A DNA stretch of 64,000 nucleotides from Candidatus Moraniibacteriota bacterium (GCA_049303795.1 JBAQNM010000013.1:2784-66783), one strand, 5' to 3'; positions 9,460-19,448 are shown, counted from the first letter of the stretch. Made by a program: numbers and translations. The notes: a model not told the origin generated them from the sequence alone.

Positions 9460-10800
9460 ATGAAACAAGCAACGGCTCTGGATATTTTGAAATTGGGACA
9501 TAATGTGTTTTTGACGGGTCCTGCAGGAAGTGGAAAAACATATCTATTAAACCAATATATTCAATATCTTAAAAACAAAAAAATAGGAGTAGCGATAACA
9601 GCTTCAACTGGGATTGCTTCGACACATATGAATGGACAAACTATTCATAGCTGGTCAGGAATGGGCATTAAGGATATATTTACCGAAGCGGATTTTTCAA
9701 AACTTAAAAAAAGACATTTCTACACACAACGTCTCAAGAAAACTAAAGTGCTGATAATAGATGAGGTGTCTATGCTTCACGCTCATCAGTTGGACATTGT
9801 GAATAGTATCTGTAAAAGATTCAAAGAACCATTTTTCCCATTTGGAGGATTGCAAGTTATTCTTTGCGGAGATTTTTTTCAATTGCCTCCTGTGGCAAGA
9901 TATGGAAGCAGGGCAAAATTTGTCATTGAATCAAGAGCGTGGGATGAAATGAATTTGAGAATTTGTTATCTAGAAGAACAGCATCGACAAGAAGACAATC
10001 AAATGCTAAAAATCCTAAACGACATCAGAAGCAGGGCTTGCGACAGCGAAACGATGGGGTTGATTCTTTCCAGAGAAAATAAAACTATAAAAAACAACAT
10101 TGCTCCCACGAGATTATATACTCACAATGCTAATGTAGATGCTATCAATGATTTCGAATTGCAAAAAATCAAAGAAGAACCAAAAGAATTTTTAATGACT
10201 TCTACTGGCATAGAAAATTTAGTGACTACGATTAAGCGAGGGTGCCTGGCTCCTGAAAAACTTATTCTCAAAAAAGGTGCAGTGGTGATGTTTGTGAAAA
10301 ATAATTTTGAAAGAGGTTTTGTTAATGGCACACTCGGGGTTGTCACTGATTTTGAGGAAAGTGGATTGCCAATAGTTCGAACACTTTCAGGCAAGATAAT
10401 TGTTGCTACTCCTGAAAAATGGTCTATTGATGAGGATGAAGTTATACTAGCTTCAGTGACACAAGTGCCACTTCGACTAGCGTGGGCAATCACAGTGCAT
10501 AAAAGTCAGGGGATGACACTAGACGCAGTGGAAATGGATTTGAGTAAATCATTTGAATATGGAATGGGTTATGTAGCTTTGTCGAGAGTTAGAAGATTGG
10601 ATGGTATAAAACTGCTAGGCATCAATGAAACTGCCTTAGAAGTTAATCCAGAAATGTGCGAAATGGACAAAGAATTGGAAAGGCTTTCAGATATAAATTC
10701 CAGTGAGATTAGCGCTATGGGATTTTTCGAAAAAAGAAAGAGACAGAAAGAATTCGTGGAAAAGAATGTTGGTAAGAAAGATTTGACTAAAAAAGTATAA
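9460..10800 (+). CDS. Pif1/RecD-like SF1B DNA helicase
   Basis: Walker A TGPAGSGKT, Walker B LIIDEVSML and C-terminal WAITVHKSQGMTLD typical of Pif1/RecD/TraA helicases. Confidence 0.8.
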   Translation: MKQATALDILKLGHNVFLTGPAGSGKTYLLNQYIQYLKNKKIGVAITASTGIASTHMNGQTIHSWSGMGIKDIFTEADFSKLKKRHFYTQRLKKTKVLIIDEVSMLHAHQLDIVNSICKRFKEPFFPFGGLQVILCGDFFQLPPVARYGSRAKFVIESRAWDEMNLRICYLEEQHRQEDNQMLKILNDIRSRACDSETMGLILSRENKTIKNNIAPTRLYTHNANVDAINDFELQKIKEEPKEFLMTSTGIENLVTTIKRGCLAPEKLILKKGAVVMFVKNNFERGFVNGTLGVVTDFEESGLPIVRTLSGKIIVATPEKWSIDEDEVILASVTQVPLRLAWAITVHKSQGMTLDAVEMDLSKSFEYGMGYVALSRVRRLDGIKLLGINETALEVNPEMCEMDKELERLSDINSSEISAMGFFEKRKRQKEFVEKNVGKKDLTKKV

Positions 10801-10857
10801 ATTCTTTACTTTATAGCTGGATGGCGGTATTATAATAATAGAAAAATATATTATCAT

Positions 10858-12354
10858 ATGGAAAAAATAACGCTTTCAGAACTGGAGCAATTTCTCTGGA
10901 AAAGTGCTGATATTCTCCGAGGAAAAATCGACTCCAGCGACTATAAAAAATACATATTTGGTCTGCTTTTCTATAAGCGGATAAATGACGTTTGGGCTGA
11001 AGAGCACGAGGCGTTTTTAAAGGAGTATAAAAATACAGGAGCGGAAGAAGAACCATTCCACCGATTTCAACTTCCTGAAGATGCTAAATGGGAAACGATT
11101 CAAAATGCTTCACAAGAAATTGGAATAAAATTAGACAAGGCTTTTGAAAAACTGACTAATGCTAATAGTCCGAAATTGGACAAGATTTTTGACGACCTTA
11201 ATTTTGCCGATTCAGATAGATTTCCAAATGATGTCATTCAAAAACTTATCAATCACTTCTCTCATTACAATTTCGGAGACACTTATGTGAATTCGGATAT
11301 TTTGGGAGACGCTTATGAATACCTGATTAAGCAATTTGCAGCCGATGCTGGAAAGAAGGGCGGAGAATTTTATACTCCACGAGAAGTTGAGCGTGTAATA
11401 GTTCAAATCTTGAAGCCTCACGAAAAAGACCATATATATGACCCAACTTGTGGCAGTGGAGGATTCCTATTGGAAGCATATCATTACGTTAAGGAAAAAT
11501 ATGGCGACAAGGCGATAAGAAAACTTTATCTCTATGGTCAGGAACTAAACATCGGAACTTATGCCATCGCCAAAATAAATATGTTTTTGCACGGATTGGA
11601 CGGAGCAGACATTAGAAGAGAGGACACATTAAAAGAGCCGTTATTTAAGGATGAGCTGGGAAACTTAAAAACGTTCGACATCGTGGTAGCAAATCCTCCG
11701 TATTCCATCAAAGAGTGGGCGTTTGAAACTTTTGAGGCAGACAAATATGGAAGACGAAATGGCTTCGATATGCCACCCACAAGAAACGCTGATTATGCAT
11801 TTATTTTGCATATGATTGCTTCGCTTAACCAAAACGGCAGGGCAGGTATTGTTCTTCCACACGGAGTGTTGTTTAGAGGCGGAACCGAAGGAAAGATTAG
11901 AAAACAAATAATCGAAAGAGATTTATTAGAGGCGGTAGTGGCATTACCAGTCAAACTTTTCTATGGCACTGGAATTCCAGCGTGCATATTGATTCTTAAT
12001 AAAAACAAGCTAAAAGAACATAAGGATAAGATTTTACTTATTGATGCCGAGAAGGATTATCTGGAGGGTAAAAATCAGAACAGTTTGCGAGAACAGGATA
12101 TTAAAAAAATAGTTAAAGCATTTGATAATTATCAGGACATTGAAAAATATGCAAGAATTATTGGACTGGATGAACTGAAGGAGAATGCTTTTAATCTCAA
12201 TGTTAGGCGGTATATTAAAAATGACGAAGATGAGGAAAAGATTGATGTAAACAAAGTTTGGAAAGAGCTAACAGAATTAGAAGATGAGAAAGATAAGATA
12301 AATAAAGATGTTGCTGGATATATTAAGAACCTTGGCTATCGAAATAATGATTAA
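10858..12354 (+). CDS. hsdM: Type I restriction-modification methyltransferase subunit
   Basis: HsdM N-terminal LWKSADILRG motif and catalytic NPPY (VVANPPYSIK). Confidence 0.9.
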   Translation: MEKITLSELEQFLWKSADILRGKIDSSDYKKYIFGLLFYKRINDVWAEEHEAFLKEYKNTGAEEEPFHRFQLPEDAKWETIQNASQEIGIKLDKAFEKLTNANSPKLDKIFDDLNFADSDRFPNDVIQKLINHFSHYNFGDTYVNSDILGDAYEYLIKQFAADAGKKGGEFYTPREVERVIVQILKPHEKDHIYDPTCGSGGFLLEAYHYVKEKYGDKAIRKLYLYGQELNIGTYAIAKINMFLHGLDGADIRREDTLKEPLFKDELGNLKTFDIVVANPPYSIKEWAFETFEADKYGRRNGFDMPPTRNADYAFILHMIASLNQNGRAGIVLPHGVLFRGGTEGKIRKQIIERDLLEAVVALPVKLFYGTGIPACILILNKNKLKEHKDKILLIDAEKDYLEGKNQNSLREQDIKKIVKAFDNYQDIEKYARIIGLDELKENAFNLNVRRYIKNDEDEEKIDVNKVWKELTELEDEKDKINKDVAGYIKNLGYRNND

Positions 12355-12359
12355 AAGTA

Positions 12360-13601
12360 ATGCAACAAATAAGAGAAAAGTTAAAAAAGGAATGGAAGAA
12401 ATACAAAGTGAAAGAACTTGGGTGTTTGTATGGTGGATTGACTGGCAAAAATAAAGACGATTTTGGTGAGGGTAAAAAGTTTATTCCGTATATGAATGTC
12501 TTTAGAAATAGCAGGATTGATGTTGAGAATATGAGTCTGGTCAAGATAGACGGAAAGGAGAGGCAGAATAAAGCTGTTTATGGTGATATATTTTTCACTG
12601 GGTCATCAGAAACGCCAGAAGATGTTGGAATGAGTTCCGTTCTTTTAGATGAATCTGAGGAGGATGTTTTTTTAAATAGTTTTTGTTTTGGATTGCGATT
12701 GAATAGTTTTGATGTGTTGATGCCAGAGTTTGCTAGATTTTTGTTTCGTTCCCCTGATTTGAGAAAAAAAATATCGCTACTTGCCCAAGGCTCAACCAGG
12801 TTCAATTTATCAAAAAAACACTTTTTAGATATAAATCTGAGTTTACCATCACTAAATGAACAGAAAAAGATTGCTAAAATTTTATTAAGAGTAGATGAGG
12901 ATATTGAAAATGTCGGTAAGACCATAAAGCAAACAATTAAATTGAAAAATGGATTGATGCAGGGGCTATTAACGAAGGGGATAGGACATAAAAAATTTAA
13001 GAAGACAAAATTGGGGATAATTCCAGAAGAATGGGATATCGCTTTGCTCGATTCCGTTGCGAAACGAGGCAGTGGACATACTCCAAGCAAATCAAAACCA
13101 AATTATTGGAACGGAGGTATCAAGTGGGTTTCTTTAGCTGATTCTTCTGAACTGGACAATAGATACATTTGTTCTACCGATAAGGAGATAAGTGAGGATG
13201 GGATAAAAAATTCATCGGCTGTGTTGCATCCAGCAGGAACTGTAATTTTATCTCGTGATGCAGGAGTAGGAAAGAGTGCGGTGTTATCTTGCGAGATGGC
13301 AGTAAGCCAGCATTTTATTGGTTGGCAGTGCGGTGACAGTCTAAGTAATTTCTATTTATATTATTTATTTCAAAATTGGAAGAGCGAGTTTGAAAGGATA
13401 GCCACAGGCACAACTATAAAAACAATAGGGTTGCAGTTTTTCAAAGACTTAAAGGTGCCATTGCCAAGCTATAAAGAGCAAAAAAAAATCGCAGATATTT
13501 TAACAAGAGTTGATGACAAAATCGATGTTTATAAAAGTATTAAATCAAAACTTGAAATTTTGAAAAAGGGATTGATGCAGGATTTATTTGTTAGTGATTA
13601 A
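12360..13601 (+). CDS. hsdS: Type I restriction-modification specificity subunit
   Basis: Two target-recognition domains separated by conserved LPxL.EQKKIA repeats (LPSLNEQKKIAKIL / LPSYKEQKKIADIL). Confidence 0.85.
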   Translation: MQQIREKLKKEWKKYKVKELGCLYGGLTGKNKDDFGEGKKFIPYMNVFRNSRIDVENMSLVKIDGKERQNKAVYGDIFFTGSSETPEDVGMSSVLLDESEEDVFLNSFCFGLRLNSFDVLMPEFARFLFRSPDLRKKISLLAQGSTRFNLSKKHFLDINLSLPSLNEQKKIAKILLRVDEDIENVGKTIKQTIKLKNGLMQGLLTKGIGHKKFKKTKLGIIPEEWDIALLDSVAKRGSGHTPSKSKPNYWNGGIKWVSLADSSELDNRYICSTDKEISEDGIKNSSAVLHPAGTVILSRDAGVGKSAVLSCEMAVSQHFIGWQCGDSLSNFYLYYLFQNWKSEFERIATGTTIKTIGLQFFKDLKVPLPSYKEQKKIADILTRVDDKIDVYKSIKSKLEILKKGLMQDLFVSD

Positions 13602-13606
13602 AAAAT

Positions 13607-14500
13607 ATGTCCATATTGGAAGAACAAATGAATATATGGGCAAAGGCTCCAAGTGAAACGGAGGAAACTAAATGCCAAAATGCGGTTAGTAGGATTACCG
13701 ATACTATAAGAAAGAAATTTGGTAATGATGTTTCTATTTTATTACAGGGTTCTTATAAAAATAGGACTAATGTTAGATTGGATAGTGACGTAGATATAGT
13801 GGTTTCTCATCAAGGACATTTCTTCCCTGGTCTCAGTAATTTATCACCTGCTGATAAGGAAGTTTATCATAGTATATATAAAAACTCAGACTACACATTT
13901 TCCCAGTTCAAGAATGACATTCATATAATTTTACAGGACGAGTTTGATGCTGGAGAGGTTGAGCGAAAAAATAAATGCATAAAAATAAAGGGTAATTCAT
14001 ATAGAGTTAACGCAGATGTTGTTCCTTGCTATCCTCATCGCAGATATAGAAGTGTGAGTGATGTGGAAGTGGAAGGATTTGGGTTCGTTGGTGATGATGG
14101 CGTGACAGTTTATAGTTTTCCAGAACAACATTATGATAATGGAGTGGGCAAAAACAAAGAAACCGAGCAGATGTATAAGTCATTGGTGAGGATATTAAAA
14201 AATGTAAGAAATGATTTGGTAGATAAAGGCATAATCACGCTAGACGATATGCCTTCTTTCTGCTTAGAGTGTCTAGTGTGGAATGTTCCCTCGGAGCATT
14301 TTATAAGGAATAGATATCACGATGCAACACGAATTGTCCTAGCGACTATTTGGAATGAGATGAGGGAATTTGAGAAGTCGAATAATTATGCGGAAGTTAG
14401 TGACTTAAAATGGTTATTTAGGGGGAGCAGTAAAATAACACCCAAGCAAGCTGAAAATTTTATGCAACACGCTTGGGATTACATAGGATATGAAAATTAA
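13607..14500 (+). CDS. cGAS/DncV-like nucleotidyltransferase (CD-NTase, SMODS-type); CBASS cyclase candidate
   Basis: Pol-beta nucleotidyltransferase signature GS-x10-DSDVD (LLQGSYKNRTNVRLDSDVDIVV) plus third acidic residue in the cGAS/OAS-like hDhhP strand (NADVVPCY); 297 aa, typical CD-NTase size. Confidence 0.65.
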   Translation: MSILEEQMNIWAKAPSETEETKCQNAVSRITDTIRKKFGNDVSILLQGSYKNRTNVRLDSDVDIVVSHQGHFFPGLSNLSPADKEVYHSIYKNSDYTFSQFKNDIHIILQDEFDAGEVERKNKCIKIKGNSYRVNADVVPCYPHRRYRSVSDVEVEGFGFVGDDGVTVYSFPEQHYDNGVGKNKETEQMYKSLVRILKNVRNDLVDKGIITLDDMPSFCLECLVWNVPSEHFIRNRYHDATRIVLATIWNEMREFEKSNNYAEVSDLKWLFRGSSKITPKQAENFMQHAWDYIGYEN

Positions 14501-15089
14501 CTCAAACAACTATAAAAAATTTACTTACTTTATTCTAGTTCTTATTGGAATAAGTTCCTTTGTCGTTTACAAAATGTTTGATTTGATAGAAGCAAATAAC
14601 ATAAAAATTCCATTTTATTTTTCCATTCCTTCTATTCCAGCGGTTTATGGTTTACTTTTCTTGGCGTTCGACAGGGTGCTGTGGAAATGGAAAATTTTTA
14701 GGATGCTTGGAATTATTACCGCTGATGATTTGAATGGAGAATGGGAGGGGACTGCCAAATCTTCTTTTGAAGAATTCAAAGAGGAAATAAAGGTTAAACT
14801 AAAAATAAAGCAAACCGCTACAGAAATGACAGTTTATGGTTGTTTTGATAATTCAAAATCAATTAGTCTGAATGCAAATTTTGAGAAAAATGATGTTGAT
14901 GATGGAGTGGCATTATTTTATTTTTATAGAAATCAGCCAGACTATGATGCCAAGGAAACAATGGCAATACACGAAGGTGCTACCAAGTTAATTTATAATA
15001 AACAAGATAATTCCCTGACAGGATTCTACTTCTCTGGAAGAAATAGAAATAATCACGGAACAATCAAGGTGTTTAAGGATAAGAAATAA
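14490..15089 (+). CDS. 2TM beta-rich effector, Cap15/S-2TMbeta-like; CBASS effector candidate
   Basis: Two N-terminal TM helices (FTYFILVLIGISSFVVY, IPAVYGLLFLAF) then a ~120-aa beta-rich soluble domain; start overlaps the cyclase stop by 11 nt. Confidence 0.5.
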   Translation: MKINSNNYKKFTYFILVLIGISSFVVYKMFDLIEANNIKIPFYFSIPSIPAVYGLLFLAFDRVLWKWKIFRMLGIITADDLNGEWEGTAKSSFEEFKEEIKVKLKIKQTATEMTVYGCFDNSKSISLNANFEKNDVDDGVALFYFYRNQPDYDAKETMAIHEGATKLIYNKQDNSLTGFYFSGRNRNNHGTIKVFKDKK

Positions 15090-15093
15090 CATT

Positions 15094-18012
15094 ATGAAAT
15101 TTAACGAACAGCACACCATAGAAAATCACATAATCAAATACTTCAAAAATGACTTGAAGTATGAATACATCAAACCTGAAGAGTTTGCTAAATTCAGGGA
15201 GTTTGAAAATGAATATCTGATTACTCCGCTTCTTCAGGAATCAATCAAAAAACTGAATGGCATTGATGACGATAATCTTGTCCAGCTTCTAACCAAGGAA
15301 CTTAAGAAGATAGACAATAACGAGGAATTTTTGATGGCTCTGCGGAACGGCATAAACTATAAAGACCCAGCGACTGGCAAAAAGACAGACTATAAGGTGG
15401 TTGATTTTGAAAATATAGACAATAACCGTTTTGTCGTTACCAATCAGTTCTATTTTGAAGGCAACGCTGAAAACATCAGACCAGATGTGATGGTATTCGT
15501 TAACGGCATTCCAGTATCTGATATTGAAGCCAAGAGTCCAACAGCATCTATTACAGTCAGCTGGGAGAACGCAGTCGGACAAATCAAGCGGTATGAGAAT
15601 GTTGCTCCAAGGATGTTTATCGCTAACTGTTTCAATGTGGTGACTGACGGAACGGAAAGTGGAACTCGCTATGCTTCTACTCATTCACCGATTCAATACT
15701 TTTTCCAGTGGAAAGACGAAGAGAATAAAGACAAGTTTGAGGGCAATCTGGAGCTGACACTTTGGAATCTATTTAACAAGAAGCAACTTTTGGATATTAT
15801 TCAAAACTTTATTGTCTTTGAGAAAGAAGGTGGAAAAGTAGTTAAGAAAGTTTGTCGCTACCAGCAGTATAGAGCATCCAATAAGATTTTAGACAGAGTT
15901 ATTAAAAACGAGAGCAAGAAAGGACTCGTTTGGCATACTCAAGGCTCTGGAAAATCAATGACGATGTTTTTCACGGCTTGGAAATTGCGTTATGCGAAGG
16001 AGCTGAAGAATCCGAAAGTCTTTATTTTGGTTGACCGCATTGATTTGGATGACCAACTGCACGACACATTCACGGCTTGCGGTGGTAAGAATGTGATGCG
16101 AGTCACTTCCAGAAAAGTTCTGGAAGATAAAATAACCAGCGATGAACGAGGGATATTTATCACAACCATCCAGAAGTTTTCCGAACTTGGGAAAAATATC
16201 GAAAATGAAGATAGTAACATTGTCGTCTTGACTGACGAGGCTCATCGCACCAATGAGGGAATATCAGGAATCAACGCTCGGTCATCACTCAAGAACGCTT
16301 TTTGGTTTGGCTTTACTGGAACACCGATTGATAGGACTACTCTGAACACGCATCGCAATTTTGGCGAGGAAGGGGAGCGGTATTTAGATTATTATTCTAT
16401 CCAGCAAGCGATTGACGATGGGGCGACTTTGCCAGTGTATTTTGAGACTCGCCTGTCCAAGTATTTCATAAACGAGGAAGGGCTGGATGAACAATTCGAT
16501 GAATTAACCAAAGGACTCACTGACAAGCAAAAGGAAGAACTGAAAAAGGCGTATGGCAAAAAAGAAGCGATTGTAAAATTGATTAAAAGGGTAGAAGCCG
16601 TTGCTGTCGATATTGCCGAGCATTACAAGATTTATATTTTGCCGAATAACTTTAAGGCTCAAGTGGTTTGCTATGATAAGGAGGCTTGTTTAATGTATAA
16701 AAAAGCGTTAGACAAGGTTATCCCAGAAAACTGGTCTAAGATAATTTATTCGACTGGGGATTTGAATGTTGAAGCGGATGAAATAAAGAAATACTACACG
16801 ACTAAGGATGAGAGAAAGAAATTCATCGAAGCCTTCAAAGACAAAAATCAAGACCCAAAGATTTTGATTGTCTGCGATATGTTGCTTACTGGATTTGACG
16901 CTCCGATTGAGCAGGTGATGTATTTAGATAAACCGCTTCTTGACCACAGCTTACTTCAAGCTATTGCCAGAACTAACCGAGTTTATCCGAACAAGGGTTG
17001 TGGTAAGGTTATCGACTATTACGGCATAACGAGAAGTTTGGAGAAAGCGTTAGATTTTGACGAGAGCATTATCAATTCCGCAATGATTGATATTGATAGG
17101 CTCAAAGAGCAGTTCCAAGAGAAATTGAAGGATTGTCTAGATATATTTGCTGGAATCAATATCGAAGACCCATCAATGGAGAATCTGCGAAGAAGCCTCC
17201 GCATCTTTGCCGATAACAGGGATAAGCAGAAAATGTTTGAAAATCTGTTCAGCAAAATCAAGCTGATATTTGAAATAATTTCTCCAGACCCATTCTTGAA
17301 GCCGTATGTAAGACAAGTAGAATGGCTCGCCAGTTTTTACATTGCTTATACCAGAGAATTCAAGGCACAAACTGATGAGGAAATCCGAATGGAAGAATAC
17401 GGTGAGAAAATCAAGAAACTTATTCAGGAGAAAATAGACTTGCAGGGAATCATCAGAACTTTCAGAGAAATAAATATAGGAGATTTATATCAAATCAAGC
17501 AATTGGAGAAGATGGAGGATGAAGACAAAGCAAGAGCATTGGAAAAGATGCTTAAGAGTGAAATCTCCATAAATCTGGATACGAATCCGACTTATGACAA
17601 ATTCAGCGAAAGGTTGATGAAAATCAAAAAGGACTTTGAGGATAATCAGATAGATTTGGATAAGAAAATCAAAGAACTTCAGAAATTGAGAGAGGACTTG
17701 GTGGACAAGAGGGATGAAGCCAAAAAACTCGGCTATAACTTGCAGGAATACGGCATTTACGTTATTTCACAGGAATTCATTGAGAATATAGATAGCAAAG
17801 AAACTAAGCCATTTATTCAGGATATGGTTGAGGCGATAACTGATACACTGGACACTGGTTGGCAAGAGTCGTCTAAAAAAGAAGAATTTATCAAGGAAAT
17901 TAGACGTAAATTAACCAAGCTGATTCTCAAGGATTATCAAGAAAAGATTAAGATTAAGGATTTTGCCAAATATCTTAATAGAATTATTGACGTAATCCAA
18001 AGGAAATTTTAA
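15094..18012 (+). CDS. hsdR: Type I restriction enzyme R subunit (SF2 helicase/endonuclease)
   Basis: 972 aa; DEAH-box-like LTDEAHRT and the other helicase motifs; typical HsdR N-terminal region. Confidence 0.9.
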   Translation: MKFNEQHTIENHIIKYFKNDLKYEYIKPEEFAKFREFENEYLITPLLQESIKKLNGIDDDNLVQLLTKELKKIDNNEEFLMALRNGINYKDPATGKKTDYKVVDFENIDNNRFVVTNQFYFEGNAENIRPDVMVFVNGIPVSDIEAKSPTASITVSWENAVGQIKRYENVAPRMFIANCFNVVTDGTESGTRYASTHSPIQYFFQWKDEENKDKFEGNLELTLWNLFNKKQLLDIIQNFIVFEKEGGKVVKKVCRYQQYRASNKILDRVIKNESKKGLVWHTQGSGKSMTMFFTAWKLRYAKELKNPKVFILVDRIDLDDQLHDTFTACGGKNVMRVTSRKVLEDKITSDERGIFITTIQKFSELGKNIENEDSNIVVLTDEAHRTNEGISGINARSSLKNAFWFGFTGTPIDRTTLNTHRNFGEEGERYLDYYSIQQAIDDGATLPVYFETRLSKYFINEEGLDEQFDELTKGLTDKQKEELKKAYGKKEAIVKLIKRVEAVAVDIAEHYKIYILPNNFKAQVVCYDKEACLMYKKALDKVIPENWSKIIYSTGDLNVEADEIKKYYTTKDERKKFIEAFKDKNQDPKILIVCDMLLTGFDAPIEQVMYLDKPLLDHSLLQAIARTNRVYPNKGCGKVIDYYGITRSLEKALDFDESIINSAMIDIDRLKEQFQEKLKDCLDIFAGINIEDPSMENLRRSLRIFADNRDKQKMFENLFSKIKLIFEIISPDPFLKPYVRQVEWLASFYIAYTREFKAQTDEEIRMEEYGEKIKKLIQEKIDLQGIIRTFREINIGDLYQIKQLEKMEDEDKARALEKMLKSEISINLDTNPTYDKFSERLMKIKKDFEDNQIDLDKKIKELQKLREDLVDKRDEAKKLGYNLQEYGIYVISQEFIENIDSKETKPFIQDMVEAITDTLDTGWQESSKKEEFIKEIRRKLTKLILKDYQEKIKIKDFAKYLNRIIDVIQRKF

Positions 18013-18569
18013 TGAAGAAGCAAATCAAACTACAAAACAAAAAAGTAGATTACATCGTGAAGAAAAGCAAGCGAGCCAAGAGGCTTCGGTTGGCAATCTA
18101 TTGCGATGGAAGTTTTGTGGTTACTGCTCCAAATGGATTGGATACAATCAAGATAGAAAATTATATTTTACAAAAAGCGGAATGGGTTTTGGAAAAACTG
18201 AGGATAATGAAGAAGCGAAGCCATAATCCTGTATTTACGAAACGAAGCGATAAGGAATATCTGGAACTGCGAGACGAGGCACTGGTGATGGCTCAGAGGA
18301 AAGTGAGTAAATTCAATAAGGTTTACGGATTCAAGTTTAATAAGATTGCAATCAAAAATCAAAAGACCAGATGGGGAAGCTGTTCTAAAAAGGGAAATTT
18401 GAATTATAACTACAAGATTGCACTGCTTCCAGAAAAATCAGCCGATTACATCATTGTTCACGAGCTGTGCCATCTCAAAGAATTCAATCACAGCAGAAAG
18501 TTTTGGAACTTAGTAGAAAGGGTGTTGCCTGATTACAAGGAGCGAATAGAGAAAATAAAGAAATTATAA
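18012..18569 (+). CDS. DUF45/YgjP-family metal-dependent hydrolase (WLM-like HExxH), the hsdR-associated type
   Basis: HELCHLKEFNHS HExxH motif; ATGA stop/start overlap with hsdR. Confidence 0.7.
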   Translation: MKKQIKLQNKKVDYIVKKSKRAKRLRLAIYCDGSFVVTAPNGLDTIKIENYILQKAEWVLEKLRIMKKRSHNPVFTKRSDKEYLELRDEALVMAQRKVSKFNKVYGFKFNKIAIKNQKTRWGSCSKKGNLNYNYKIALLPEKSADYIIVHELCHLKEFNHSRKFWNLVERVLPDYKERIEKIKKL

Positions 18570-18573
18570 AAAG

Positions 18574-19335
18574 ATGTCTGAATACTACAAAGCAAAAAGA
18601 ACACGAAACATTTTTGACCCAAAGTCAAAAGAACCATTCAAATTGAGTCGCTCAAAAATTGACTTGTTTTTGAATTGTCCTCGTTGTTTTTATATGGACA
18701 GAAGATTGGGAGTTGGGCGTCCACCCGGATTTCCTTTTAATCTTAATTCAGCTGTTGACGCTTTGCTCAAAAAAGAATTTGATATTTATCGAGCCAAGAA
18801 AACCACACATCCCTTGATGGAAGAATATGGAATTGATGCTGTGCCATATCAAAGCGAAAAAATGGACGAGTGGCGAGATTCGTTGCGAAGAGGAATCCAA
18901 CACCTTCACGAAAAAACAAACCTGTTGCTTACTGGTGGGGTGGATGATGTTTGGGTAAATCCTAACGGCGAATTGATAATAGTGGATTATAAGGCTACTT
19001 CAAAGAATGGAGAAGTTAGTCTGGATGCTGATTGGCAGATTGGATACAAAAGGCAGATGGAGATGTATCAATGGCTGTTTAGAAAAAATGGATTTAAGGT
19101 TGCTGAGACTGGCTATTTTGTCTATTGCAACGGAGATGCGGACAAAGAAGCCTTTGATGGCAAGTTAGAGTTTGATATAAAGGTTATTCCGTATAAAGGG
19201 GATGACAGCTGGGTAGAAAACACATTGGCAGATGTAAAAAAGTGCCTAATGAGTTCTGAAATACCAAAAGCATCAAATGATTGTGATTATTGCAATTATG
19301 TTATGGCAGTGAATAGCGTGGAAAAACGTAAATAA
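18574..19335 (+). CDS. Cas4-like / RecB-family PD-(D/E)xK nuclease with Fe-S cysteines; standalone
   Basis: IIVDYKAT core motif; N-terminal CPRCF and C-terminal C..CDYC cysteines match the Cas4 1+3 Cys pattern. Confidence 0.6.
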   Translation: MSEYYKAKRTRNIFDPKSKEPFKLSRSKIDLFLNCPRCFYMDRRLGVGRPPGFPFNLNSAVDALLKKEFDIYRAKKTTHPLMEEYGIDAVPYQSEKMDEWRDSLRRGIQHLHEKTNLLLTGGVDDVWVNPNGELIIVDYKATSKNGEVSLDADWQIGYKRQMEMYQWLFRKNGFKVAETGYFVYCNGDADKEAFDGKLEFDIKVIPYKGDDSWVENTLADVKKCLMSSEIPKASNDCDYCNYVMAVNSVEKRK

Positions 19336-19363
19336 TTTAGAGTAGTCATTTAAGGAGGTTTAA

Positions 19364-19387
19364 AACGGGGAATACCCTGTTTTTTTG
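19364..19387 (+). terminator. Intrinsic terminator
   Basis: CGGGG-AATA-CCCTG hairpin followed by T7. Confidence 0.4.
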
Positions 19388-19436
19388 TTGACAATCAGTG
19401 TGGTTATGTTAGAATTAGGTAAGTTAATACCATAAC
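19388..19436 (+). promoter_or_regulatory. Sigma70-like promoter (TTGACA-16 nt-TAGAAT) with an operator-like 7-bp inverted repeat (GGTTATG / CATAACC) flanking the -10
   Basis: TTGACA 19388-19393 and TAGAAT 19410-19415; inverted-repeat arms at 19402-19408 and 19430-19436; lies just upstream of the repressor gene. Confidence 0.5.
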
Positions 19437-19448
19437 CTAACAATAAAA

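Noticed and set aside
12578-13090. 170-aa minus-strand ORF
   Set aside because: Embedded antisense in hsdS, which has two canonical TRD and conserved repeats
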